Shown here: positions 1 to 6,949 of the stretch, in pieces
Position numbering within the stretch: position 1 is the stretch's first letter
Layout: each line of letters opens with the position of its first letter
NCBI GenBank assembly: GCA_016184305.1
Contig: JACPCX010000129.1
Coordinates: 1-16,441 of the forward strand
Reading direction: 5' to 3'
Length of the DNA: 16,441 nucleotides
Source of the DNA: Candidatus Rokuibacteriota bacterium
Lineage (GTDB): Bacteria; Methylomirabilota; Methylomirabilia; Rokubacteriales; CSP1-6
Program-made: the position numbers and the translations under genes
Notes under the pieces: generated by a model
Seen by the model: only the letters and a program-made list of their open reading frames with translations
Told to the model about the DNA's origin: nothing
Databases searched by the model: none

Positions 1-542
1 ATGGTGACATCGCCTCCCACGATGAATCCGAGGCGGCGGAGGCCGGCGTCGCCTCCGGCGAGGCCTGCCAGCCGGGAGGAGGCGAGGAAGGCGCCGAGGG
101 CGCCGCCGAGGACCTTCCACCCGGCCTCCACCAGCTGCGCGTCGCCGATGTCGAGGAGCGCGGGGTCATGGTAACCGCGGAGCGCGCGCCTCTCGGGGCC
201 TGGCTTCGGCAGCGACACGAACTCGGGATCGTGGACCGCGCCCCGCCGCGCCTTGTCGAGCGCCCGCTCCACGCCCGCCTGCGAGAGGTCGCTCGGCTCC
301 GAGCCGAAGCCGATGGCGATGCCGTCGGCCGTGTCGAAGGCGACCTGCAGGCCGAGCCCATACGCCTCGCTGGACTTGGGTTCCTCCACGCCGTTGCAGG
401 GGATGTGCGACGTGTAGTTCAGGCGCGCGAGGAGCGTGCGGTTGGCCGCCGCGAACGCCTCGACCTCGCGCACGCCGGGTTGCGCTGACACCAGGGCGAG
501 CGCGTCGGCCACCGCCCTTCGCAATTCCTCGGTGGTCGGCAC
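1..542 (-). CDS. pmbA: PmbA/TldE-family metalloprotease partner subunit, N-terminal part (runs off the left edge; absent from the ORF track)
   Basis: Manual translation from GTG at 542, 5 nt after the tldD TGA, gives MPTTEELRRAVADALALVSAQPGVREVEAFAAANRTLLARLNYTSHIPCNGVEEPKSSEAYGLGLQVAFDTADGIAIGFGSEPSDLSQAGVERALDKARRGAVHDPEFVSLPKP... and stays open to position 1. The 'E.f......v....ve..k.....GlglrV......GF...dls...l..al..A' pattern is the TldD/PmbA N-terminal domain. Position directly after tldD is the usual tldD-tldE arrangement. Confidence 0.8.
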   Translation of the reverse strand, partial: MPTTEELRRAVADALALVSAQPGVREVEAFAAANRTLLARLNYTSHIPCNGVEEPKSSEAYGLGLQVAFDTADGIAIGFGSEPSDLSQAGVERALDKARRGAVHDPEFVSLPKPGPERRALRGYHDPALLDIGDAQLVEAGWKVLGGALGAFLASSRLAGLAGGDAGLRRLGFIVGGDVT

Positions 543-547
543 CCTTC

Positions 548-2116
548 TCAGCGGCCTCCCGTGAGGATGGCGCGGCTCCGCATGGTGGGCCCGCCGTTGC
601 CCAGCTTCTTGGTCTGCATGGGCTGGCCCTTGCCGCAGTTGGGGATCGGGTAGAGGCGGAAGTCCGCACCCACGGCGTCCACGTTCATCAGGTAGGTCTT
701 GGTGTCGGCCATGATCCCACCGTCGCGGTAGAGCCGGCCGAGCTGGCCGTTGCGGATCTCGTACACCTTGCGGGCCGAGATGCGGAAGTTCTCGCGGCTC
801 TCGGCGATGGACGGGGTCTTGTGGCCCACGAGGTAGTAGCCGTGGTCCACCTCGCTGATGATGTCGGCCGGATCGCGGTCGCCCGCTCCGAAGACGGTGC
901 TGGACATGCGGATGAGCGGGACGAGGGAGGCGTCGGTGGCCTTCCAGTGCCCGTTGGGGCTGCCGCCGAAGATGGCGGCGGTCTGGCGGCTGTTCATGAA
1001 GCCCGTGAAGACGCCCTCCTCGATGTGGACCACCCGCCGGGCCGGCGTGCCCTCGTGATCGTACGCATAGTGCCCGTAGCCGGGCAGCCCCGGGTCGGAG
1101 TACGCCGTCACGAGGGGCGAGGCAATCTGCCGGCCGAGCTGATTCCGGTCCAGGTCGCGGAGGAGCCAGGAGCGGCCCGCGTAGGCCGTCTCCATCTTGA
1201 GCCCGCGGTCCAGCTCCATCGGGTGGCCGATGATCTCGTGAGAGACGAGGGTGTTGAAATGCGGGTCGGTCACCACGGTGACCTCGCGGTCGAGCGTGGG
1301 GACGGGCGGGGCTGCCGCCAGCTCCGCGCTCTCGCGCGCCATGTCCAGGGCGAAGCGCGGGAAGGGCGGGAATGGCATCAGCGGATCGTCCACCCCCGAG
1401 GTCAGGATCTCCCAGCCGCGCTGGTGCCCGACCACGTCGTAGATCTCCTGGCTGGTGCCGTCCCCGCCCGCCACGAGATAGCACATGCCCTGGGTCAGGG
1501 CGAAGGACTGGTCGATGAGGGCGCCCTCGGAGGAGGCGAAGAGCTCGCGGGCGAGCTGGGTCATGGTGGAGATGTAGTTGTAGTGGACATGGGCGTCGGC
1601 GGCCGCCACCTGGCGCGACACGTCGGTGGTGAAGCGGACCATCTCGCCGAGGTCCATGGTGCGCGGGTCCACCTGAAAGACGGCGGGCACCGCGTCGCGC
1701 GTGACGCGCACCGGGCAGAGCCGCGTGTCCGCCAAGGCGTCCCCGAGGGGCCCGAACTTCCCCCGGGCGTCGGCCTTCAAATCCGCGTTCACGAGCGCCC
1801 GACCGTGGGCGGACCGGAGAGCCTCCCTCAGGAGGGCCGCGAGCCCGCGCAGGTCCGCCGCGCCGAGGGCGCGGCCGAAGTAGCCCGGGGCGATCGCGCG
1901 GGAGCCCGCCAGCACGCGGACGCCGATCGCAAAGCCGTAGTCGTCCCCCGAGGACTTGGCCGACCCGTTCTCCGCGCCGGCCCACTTGCCCTCGGTGATC
2001 TCGATCCGGACGTCCGCGTAGGCCAGGCCGGCGAGCCCGCGGGCGTAGACGGTCGCCGCCTCCTCGGCGAGGGGCGCGATCTGCTCCATGAGATCGGTCC
2101 GGATCCTGTGCGGCAT
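548..2116 (-). CDS. tldD: TldD-family metalloprotease catalytic subunit (522 aa)
   Basis: HEIIGHPMELD (HExxGH metal site, 1223-1240), YAYDHEGTPA, PLIRMSST and C-terminal CGKGQPMQ (conserved Cys ligand) ...GGPTMR. Start moved to ATG 2116 (MPHRIRTD), which has an AGGAG SD and lies downstream of the moeA stop. Confidence 0.93.
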   Translation of the reverse strand: MPHRIRTDLMEQIAPLAEEAATVYARGLAGLAYADVRIEITEGKWAGAENGSAKSSGDDYGFAIGVRVLAGSRAIAPGYFGRALGAADLRGLAALLREALRSAHGRALVNADLKADARGKFGPLGDALADTRLCPVRVTRDAVPAVFQVDPRTMDLGEMVRFTTDVSRQVAAADAHVHYNYISTMTQLARELFASSEGALIDQSFALTQGMCYLVAGGDGTSQEIYDVVGHQRGWEILTSGVDDPLMPFPPFPRFALDMARESAELAAAPPVPTLDREVTVVTDPHFNTLVSHEIIGHPMELDRGLKMETAYAGRSWLLRDLDRNQLGRQIASPLVTAYSDPGLPGYGHYAYDHEGTPARRVVHIEEGVFTGFMNSRQTAAIFGGSPNGHWKATDASLVPLIRMSSTVFGAGDRDPADIISEVDHGYYLVGHKTPSIAESRENFRISARKVYEIRNGQLGRLYRDGGIMADTKTYLMNVDAVGADFRLYPIPNCGKGQPMQTKKLGNGGPTMRSRAILTGGR

Positions 2117-2138
2117 GGCGCTCCTGGTGACCCTGCGC

Positions 2139-3341
2139 TCAGATGAGGCCGAACGGCTCCACGAGGACGCGCTCGCCCCGCGCCACGTCGCCACGCTCTT
2201 CCTCGATGACGATGAAACAGTTGGCCTGGGCCATGGAGGTGAGGATGCCGGAGCCCTGCGGTCCGGTGGTGCGCACCTCCCAGGCCTCGCCCGTGTAGGT
2301 CAGGATGCCGCGCTTGAACTCGCGCCGCCCCGCCTTCTTGCGCAGAGGCTCCGCGGTCACGGCATGGAAGCAGGGCGGGAAGAGGTCACGCCGGCCCGCC
2401 AGCTTCCAGAGCGCCGGCCGGACGAACAACGCGAAGGTCAGCATGGAGGCCACGGGGTTGCCGGGCAGCCCGAAGAACTGTGCCATACCGATGCGTCCCA
2501 CGGCGAGCGGGCGTCCCGGCTGCATGGCGACCTGCCAGAAGTCGATGCCGCCGGCCTCCTGCAGCACCGCCTTCACGAGGTCGTGATCTCCCACCGACAC
2601 TCCGCCCGAGGTGAGCACGATGTCGGCGCCGTGGGCGGCATCGAGGAGCCGCGCCTGCAGCTCGTCGAAGAGATCGGGGACCACCCCGTGGTCGATGACC
2701 CGGCCGCCGGCGGCCTCCACCGACCCACGGAGAGAGAAGCGGTTGGAATCGTAGATCTGCCCGGGCTTGCGCGGGCTGCCGGGCTCGGCCACCTCGTCGC
2801 CCGTGGACACGATGGCCACGCGGGGGCGTTGCCGCACCGCGAGCTGGGGCAACCCCAGCGAGGCCGCCACACCGAGCTCCTGGGGGCGGAGGACGGTGCC
2901 AGCCCCGAGGACGATCTCGCCCGCCCGCACGTCCTCGCCGCGATACCGGACGTTGGCGCCGCGGGGGATCGGGCCGACGCTGATCCGGTCTCTCTCGCGC
3001 TCCACCACTTCCTGCAGGTACACCGTGTCGGCGCCAGCGGGCATGGGCGCGCCCGTCATGATGCGGACGGCCTCATCGGGCGCGATGGCGCCGTCGAGGA
3101 CCGCTCCGGCGGGCAGGTCGGCGACGACCCGGAGCTCGCGGCTGCCGCCGGCGGGCATTTCCGCGTGGAGGACGGCGTAGCCGTCCACCGCAGAATTGTC
3201 GGTGGGCGGGACGTCGATGCCGGCGCGGACGTCCTCGGCGAGCACACGGCCGAGGGCTTCGGGGAGCGGGACGATCTGGGGCGGCGCGACGGAGGTGACC
3301 TGCGCCAGGATGCGCGCCTGGCCCTCCTGGACTGAGATCAT
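2139..3341 (-). CDS. moeA: Molybdopterin molybdotransferase MoeA (gephyrin E-like)
   Basis: Motifs ALGRVLAEDV, PPTDNSAVDGYA, RIMTGAPMPAGADTV, STGDEV, IYDSN, TSGGVSVGDHD, MQPGRP, FGLPGNPVAS, QGSGILTSMAQANC. ATG at 3341 (MISVQEG) preferred over TTG at 3347. Confidence 0.97.
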   Translation of the reverse strand: MISVQEGQARILAQVTSVAPPQIVPLPEALGRVLAEDVRAGIDVPPTDNSAVDGYAVLHAEMPAGGSRELRVVADLPAGAVLDGAIAPDEAVRIMTGAPMPAGADTVYLQEVVERERDRISVGPIPRGANVRYRGEDVRAGEIVLGAGTVLRPQELGVAASLGLPQLAVRQRPRVAIVSTGDEVAEPGSPRKPGQIYDSNRFSLRGSVEAAGGRVIDHGVVPDLFDELQARLLDAAHGADIVLTSGGVSVGDHDLVKAVLQEAGGIDFWQVAMQPGRPLAVGRIGMAQFFGLPGNPVASMLTFALFVRPALWKLAGRRDLFPPCFHAVTAEPLRKKAGRREFKRGILTYTGEAWEVRTTGPQGSGILTSMAQANCFIVIEEERGDVARGERVLVEPFGLI

Positions 3342-3375
3342 GGCCAAAGTATACCTGTGCTACGATGCGCGCGCG
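3342..3375. promoter_or_regulatory. Back-to-back divergent -10 elements for moeA (minus) and the RDD gene (plus)
   Basis: Minus-strand TATACT (plus agtata 3348-3353) lies 6 nt before the moeA ATG. Plus-strand extended -10 TG-C-TACGAT (3358-3366) lies 9 nt before the RDD ATG. No SD is present for either gene in this 34-bp gap. Confidence 0.6.
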
Positions 3376-3879
3376 ATGCCGGAGTCCTGGTCGGAGTGCG
3401 GCTTGCCCGCGGTCGAAGGCACCGAACCTGACGCCGGACCCGCGGAGGCTGGGCCGTCGGGCGCGGCAGCGCGGCCGGTCGGCTTCTGGCTTCGCGCGGC
3501 TGCCGTCGGGATCGACTGGGCCTTCATGGGAGCGGTGCAGGTGGCACTGGGCCTGATGCTTCGGGTCCTCTGGGGCCGGGCGCCTCAGGGCTCGCGGGTC
3601 TTCCAGGCGGCAGGGGTGGCGTTCGAATGGCTGTTCCCCTGCGTCTACTCCGTCCTCTTCCATTGGCTCTTCGGCCAGACGATGGGCAAGATCCTGCTCC
3701 GGATCCGCGTCGTCGCGGTGGATGGAGGCCCGCTCACGCTCGGCGTCGCCGTGCGTCGGCTCCTCGCCTGGGTGCTGTCGCTCGCTGCCCTCGGGCTCGG
3801 CCACCTGCTGGCTGCTTTTCGTGTCGACAAGCGCGCGCTGCACGATCTGCTGGCGGGGACGCGCGTCGAGCGCTTGTGA
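3376..3879 (+). CDS. RDD-family membrane protein (167 aa)
   Basis: GFWLRAAAVGID, hydrophobic helices, GQTMGKILLRIRVV...G.PLTLGVAVRR and DKRALHDLLAGTRV are RDD hallmarks. The ORF-track start at 3196 overlaps moeA, so ATG 3376 is used. Confidence 0.9.
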   Translation: MPESWSECGLPAVEGTEPDAGPAEAGPSGAAARPVGFWLRAAAVGIDWAFMGAVQVALGLMLRVLWGRAPQGSRVFQAAGVAFEWLFPCVYSVLFHWLFGQTMGKILLRIRVVAVDGGPLTLGVAVRRLLAWVLSLAALGLGHLLAAFRVDKRALHDLLAGTRVERL

Positions 3880-3927
3880 CGCGCGTGGGATACTCAGCGC
3901 GCTTCGCAGGCCCCTCGGGAGGAATCC

Positions 3928-4056
3928 ATGGCCGCTCGCCCCTGCCCCATCTGTCGCGCGCCTCACCTCGAGCAGACAGTGTCGGGATTTTACCGGACAG
4001 GGCAAGCGCGCTGTAACGTCGTGAAACACGGAACATTCTTCGCAAGATTCCCTTGA
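3928..4056 (+). CDS. Candidate 42-aa Cys/His micro-protein (CPIC...CxxxxH)
   Basis: GGGAGG SD 5 nt before ATG 3928. Translation MAARPCPICRAPHLEQTVSGFYRTGQARCNVVKHGTFFARFP*. It is below the ORF-track length cutoff. Confidence 0.4.
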   Translation: MAARPCPICRAPHLEQTVSGFYRTGQARCNVVKHGTFFARFP

Positions 4057-4081
4057 CAGCTTTGGGTGCCCTCAGTACGGT
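4053..4081 (+). promoter_or_regulatory. Sigma70-type promoter for the RRM gene
   Basis: Perfect -35 TTGACA (4053-4058), 17-nt spacer, -10 TACGGT (4076-4081), with AT-richer DNA upstream. Predicted TSS about 4087-4088. Confidence 0.75.
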
Positions 4082-4091
4082 TACTTAGCGC

Positions 4092-4203
4092 GCCGATCGC
4101 TCGGGGTCGCGAGTCCTTCGCCGCGCAGTGGTCTCCCGGGGCGCTGTGCCCCAGTCGCCGCAGCTGAGCCGGGAAGAGCGGTCGACTCGGTCCTGATCGC
4201 GGC
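4092..4203 (+). promoter_or_regulatory. Long structured 5' leader (about 125 nt) of the RRM gene; candidate cis-regulatory RNA
   Basis: Nested complementary segments: GCCG/GATC 4092-4098 with GATC..CGGC 4195-4203, CGAGTC 4110-4115 with GACTCG 4184-4189, TCCCGG 4134-4139 with CCGGGA 4169-4174, and GGGGC 4138-4142 with GCCCC 4148-4152. The structure closes immediately before the AGGAGG SD at 4204-4209. Confidence 0.4.
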
Positions 4204-4215
4204 AGGAGGGTCGTG

Positions 4216-4551
4216 ATGCCCGCAAAGCTGTTCGTCGGCAATCTCTCGTTCCAGGCCACGGAGGAAGATCTCCGCGAGCTGTTCCAGCAGGCCGGCACGG
4301 TGGAGTCGGTGCGGATCGTGACCGATCAGTTCACCGGGCGGCCGCGGGGCTTCGGCTTCGTCGAGATGTCCTCCAAGGAAGAGGCGTCCAAGGCGGTCGA
4401 GATGCTGAATGGCCGTCTCTTCAGGGACCGCAATCTCGTGGTGGACGAGGCGCGGCCGCAGGCGCAGCGCGGTGCGGGAGGACCTCGCGGTGACCGCGGG
4501 CCCCGTCCCGGCGGCACCGGGGCCGGAGGCGGAGGCGGCTGGAGGCGGTAG
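4216..4551 (+). CDS. Single-RRM (RNP-1) RNA-binding protein with Gly/Arg-rich tail
   Basis: RNP2 LFVGNL, RNP1 RGFGFVEM, 'LNGR...RNLVVDEARP' and a Gly-rich C-terminus GGGGGWRR. AGGAGG SD 6 nt upstream of ATG 4216 (GTG 4213 is an alternative start). Confidence 0.96.
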   Translation: MPAKLFVGNLSFQATEEDLRELFQQAGTVESVRIVTDQFTGRPRGFGFVEMSSKEEASKAVEMLNGRLFRDRNLVVDEARPQAQRGAGGPRGDRGPRPGGTGAGGGGGWRR

Positions 4552-4577
4552 AGGCAGACGGAGGCCGCAGGAACGCG

Positions 4578-4605
4578 ACCCCGGGGCGGAGGCCCCGGGG
4601 TTTTT
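4578..4605 (+). terminator. Rho-independent terminator after the RRM gene
   Basis: ACCCCGGGGC-GGAG-GCCCCGGGGT 10-bp stem with a TTTTT run at 4601-4605, 26 nt after the stop, between convergent genes. Confidence 0.85.
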
Positions 4606-4663
4606 CCGGCGCATGACAACTCGCCACGTGAGGAGCGCCGGGTTTCGCCAGGCGCGCCGGCGG

Positions 4664-6949
4664 TCAGGCGTCGAGGTCGAGGGACTCCTGGGCGGCAGAC
4701 GCCGCCTCGTCCTCCTCAACGACGGGACGAAGCCCCTCCCGATCGATGAAGGGCCGGAACTTGTCCGAGAGGTCGCGGAGCTTGGCGCGGTAGTAGGCGG
4801 TGTTCTCGTCGGGTCGTCCCGCATCCCAGGAGGCGGCGAGCCTGGCGTTCTCGTTGACCTTGACCCGGGGCCCCGTGCCCGTGACGTAGTAGGAGAGCTG
4901 ATCGCCGGCCTGGTAGGGGCGTGAGGACCGGAGTGCCAGCTCGTAGAGCGCGCTGGCGTTCCGCTTCCCCGCCGTGACCTTCTCCTGGTAGCTCGGCAGC
5001 GACTCCTGCAGCGTCTCCGTCTTCATGAACTGCTGCACGGTCACGCGCCGGGCGGTGAAGTCCTCTTCCCAGCGACGCAGGAGCGCCGGGATCTCCTCGC
5101 GACGGCCCGTGAGGAGCAGGCGGAACATCTGCTCCATCCACTGGCGCTGGAAGAGCTCGAGTCCACGCGAGCGCAGGCTCGATCCCTTGATGAGGATCTT
5201 GCCGGCGGCATCCAGCAGCACGTAGTTCTTCATCTTGTAGCTCAGCATGGCCACGTAGCGGCCCGCGAGCTCGAGCTGGATGCCCTCGGGCAGGACAGCG
5301 GACAGGTCGGCAAGGAGAGCCTCGGCGGAGGCGGGTTGCGAATCGGGAGCGGTGAAGTAGATCCCGTCCGTGTCCACCTCGATGACGCTCGCCCCAAGCT
5401 CCCGCAGCCGGTGCACCAGTGCCGTCACGAGGCGCCGCCCCTCCGCCGTGACGCGGTTGGCGGCGTCGTAGTCGCTCCAGTGGGCGAACGAGGCGCCGAG
5501 GTAGCCGTAGAAGGAGTTGATGAGGGTCTTGAAGGTCTGCTGGAGCGCGGTGAGCAGGAGGCGGTCGGCCTCGGCGACGGCCTCCCGGGCCAGGCGCCTG
5601 GCCGCCAGGCGGAACTCCCGCAGGTCGCGCAGGAGCGCCGAGAAGATGCCGAGCCTGTCGGAGGCGGGCGCGATGCCCTGCGCGAGCATGAGCGAGGGGT
5701 AGAGCGAGGTGACGTCCACGTGGAGGACGTCGCGCGCGACCCCCTGCTGGAAGATCGCGGTGTAGCCCCCCGCCACCGACCGGCCGGGGCCGGGGTGGGG
5801 AACGGCCCGCCCGCGGTGGAGGTACTCCCGCAGGAGGAGCGCGTCGATCTTGGTGGCGTTGCCCCTGAGGACCACCGACTCGTAGTCGAAGGGCAGCGCC
5901 TGGGCCTGGACGAAGTAGGGCGGGGCGAGGATGGCCGACAGCGCCAGCGTCTCCAGCACGTCGTCGCGCGCGTAGGCCATGAGCCGCGCCGGCTCCTCGC
6001 GGAAGACGCGCGGGATGTCGTCCGGTGGCAGATAGGTGCGGTCCGGCGCCGCCACGCCGAAATGGCGCGCCACGTCCTTCAGGCCGTAGGACGGGAGGTC
6101 GCGGGCGGCCACGTCGTAGAGCTGGGAGAGGATCCACGTGTCCACGATGTGCCGGCCCACCACCCGGTAGCGGCGGTAGGCGATGGTCCGCTCGGCCACC
6201 TGCATGCGGGAGGGATGGCCGCGGAGCGCCGCGCCGTCACGGCCCCACGCGAGGACGACGCCATGGCGCCGCGCGCGGGCCTCCAGGTACTCGAGATCGA
6301 AGCGGAAGATGTTGTGCCCCTCGAGCACGTCGGGATCGCGCTCGCGAATGAGCCGCGTGCACTCCTCCAGGAGCGCGGCCTCGGGCATCTCCGCGCCCGA
6401 CAGGACCGTGCTCCAGCCCGACGAGTCGGCCATCGCGATGGCGATGATCCGGTCGGACTCGCGCGCCGCGTTTGGGAACTCGAAGCCCGGCGCTGTCAGC
6501 ACCTCGATGTCCACCGCCATGCGCACGATCTGGCCGAAGGTCATCCCGCGGAACGACGTCTTCCCGGTCCTGAGCAGGAACTGGTGGGTCGGATCCCCGA
6601 GGAAGCGGTACGGGGCATCCGGGGACCCCGGGGTCCGGCCCGAGACTTTCCGGCAATGGTCGCGGGCCTTCTCGGCCTGGGCCCATGAGGGGAGCACGGC
6701 CAGCCAGCGGTAGCCCTCCTCGCCGTCCAGAGGCGTGATCTCGGTGTCTCCCGTGAATCCGCCAAGGAGTGCGGCGTCGGTCAGCAGGAGGAAAGGCCGG
6801 AAGGGCAGGTCGGTCGCGACCGCGCGGCCGGCCTGCCGGGCCCAGGCGCGCACGGCCCCGTCCCGCGGCTCGAAGGCCACGAGCCCCTCGGTCGCGTCGC
6901 GGCCGAAGAGCAGGGGGTTGTCGAAGAAGAGGCGGGGGATGGAGGTCAA
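4664..6949 (-). CDS. polB: Family B DNA polymerase with intact 3'-5' exonuclease (761 aa)
   Basis: ExoI AVDIEV, ExoII GHNIFRFDLEYL, ExoIII YARDDV, motif A DVTSLYPS, motif B QQTFKTLINSFYGY, motif C EVDTDGIY, KMKNYVL...KG. TTG start directly follows the upstream gene's TAG. Confidence 0.95.
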   Translation of the reverse strand: MTSIPRLFFDNPLLFGRDATEGLVAFEPRDGAVRAWARQAGRAVATDLPFRPFLLLTDAALLGGFTGDTEITPLDGEEGYRWLAVLPSWAQAEKARDHCRKVSGRTPGSPDAPYRFLGDPTHQFLLRTGKTSFRGMTFGQIVRMAVDIEVLTAPGFEFPNAARESDRIIAIAMADSSGWSTVLSGAEMPEAALLEECTRLIRERDPDVLEGHNIFRFDLEYLEARARRHGVVLAWGRDGAALRGHPSRMQVAERTIAYRRYRVVGRHIVDTWILSQLYDVAARDLPSYGLKDVARHFGVAAPDRTYLPPDDIPRVFREEPARLMAYARDDVLETLALSAILAPPYFVQAQALPFDYESVVLRGNATKIDALLLREYLHRGRAVPHPGPGRSVAGGYTAIFQQGVARDVLHVDVTSLYPSLMLAQGIAPASDRLGIFSALLRDLREFRLAARRLAREAVAEADRLLLTALQQTFKTLINSFYGYLGASFAHWSDYDAANRVTAEGRRLVTALVHRLRELGASVIEVDTDGIYFTAPDSQPASAEALLADLSAVLPEGIQLELAGRYVAMLSYKMKNYVLLDAAGKILIKGSSLRSRGLELFQRQWMEQMFRLLLTGRREEIPALLRRWEEDFTARRVTVQQFMKTETLQESLPSYQEKVTAGKRNASALYELALRSSRPYQAGDQLSYYVTGTGPRVKVNENARLAASWDAGRPDENTAYYRAKLRDLSDKFRPFIDREGLRPVVEEDEAASAAQESLDLDA

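Noticed and set aside
166..669. ORF-track 167-aa (minus) and 106-aa (plus) ORFs at the left edge
   Set aside because: Wrong frames; the real gene is the edge-truncated PmbA/TldE frame starting at GTG 542.
821..3335. Long plus-strand ORFs 821-2146 and 2088-3335
   Set aside because: They are antisense shadows of tldD and moeA typical of high-GC DNA, with no recognisable motifs.
4088..4205. Structured RNA considered as SRP 4.5S RNA, 6S RNA or tRNA
   Set aside because: No SRP GGAA-tetraloop domain IV motif, no cloverleaf or TTCGA T-loop, and too short for typical 6S; retained only as a candidate leader.
4716..6688. Long alternative-frame and antisense ORFs over polB (4716-6137, 5336-6688)
   Set aside because: Arg/Gly/Pro-rich or antisense shadow frames; polB explains the coding signal.
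4664..6949. polB as a sign of a prophage, pipolin or casposon
   Set aside because: No intact integrase, structural genes, terminal repeats or GC shift around it; the flanks are housekeeping genes and the protein has a host clamp-like motif.
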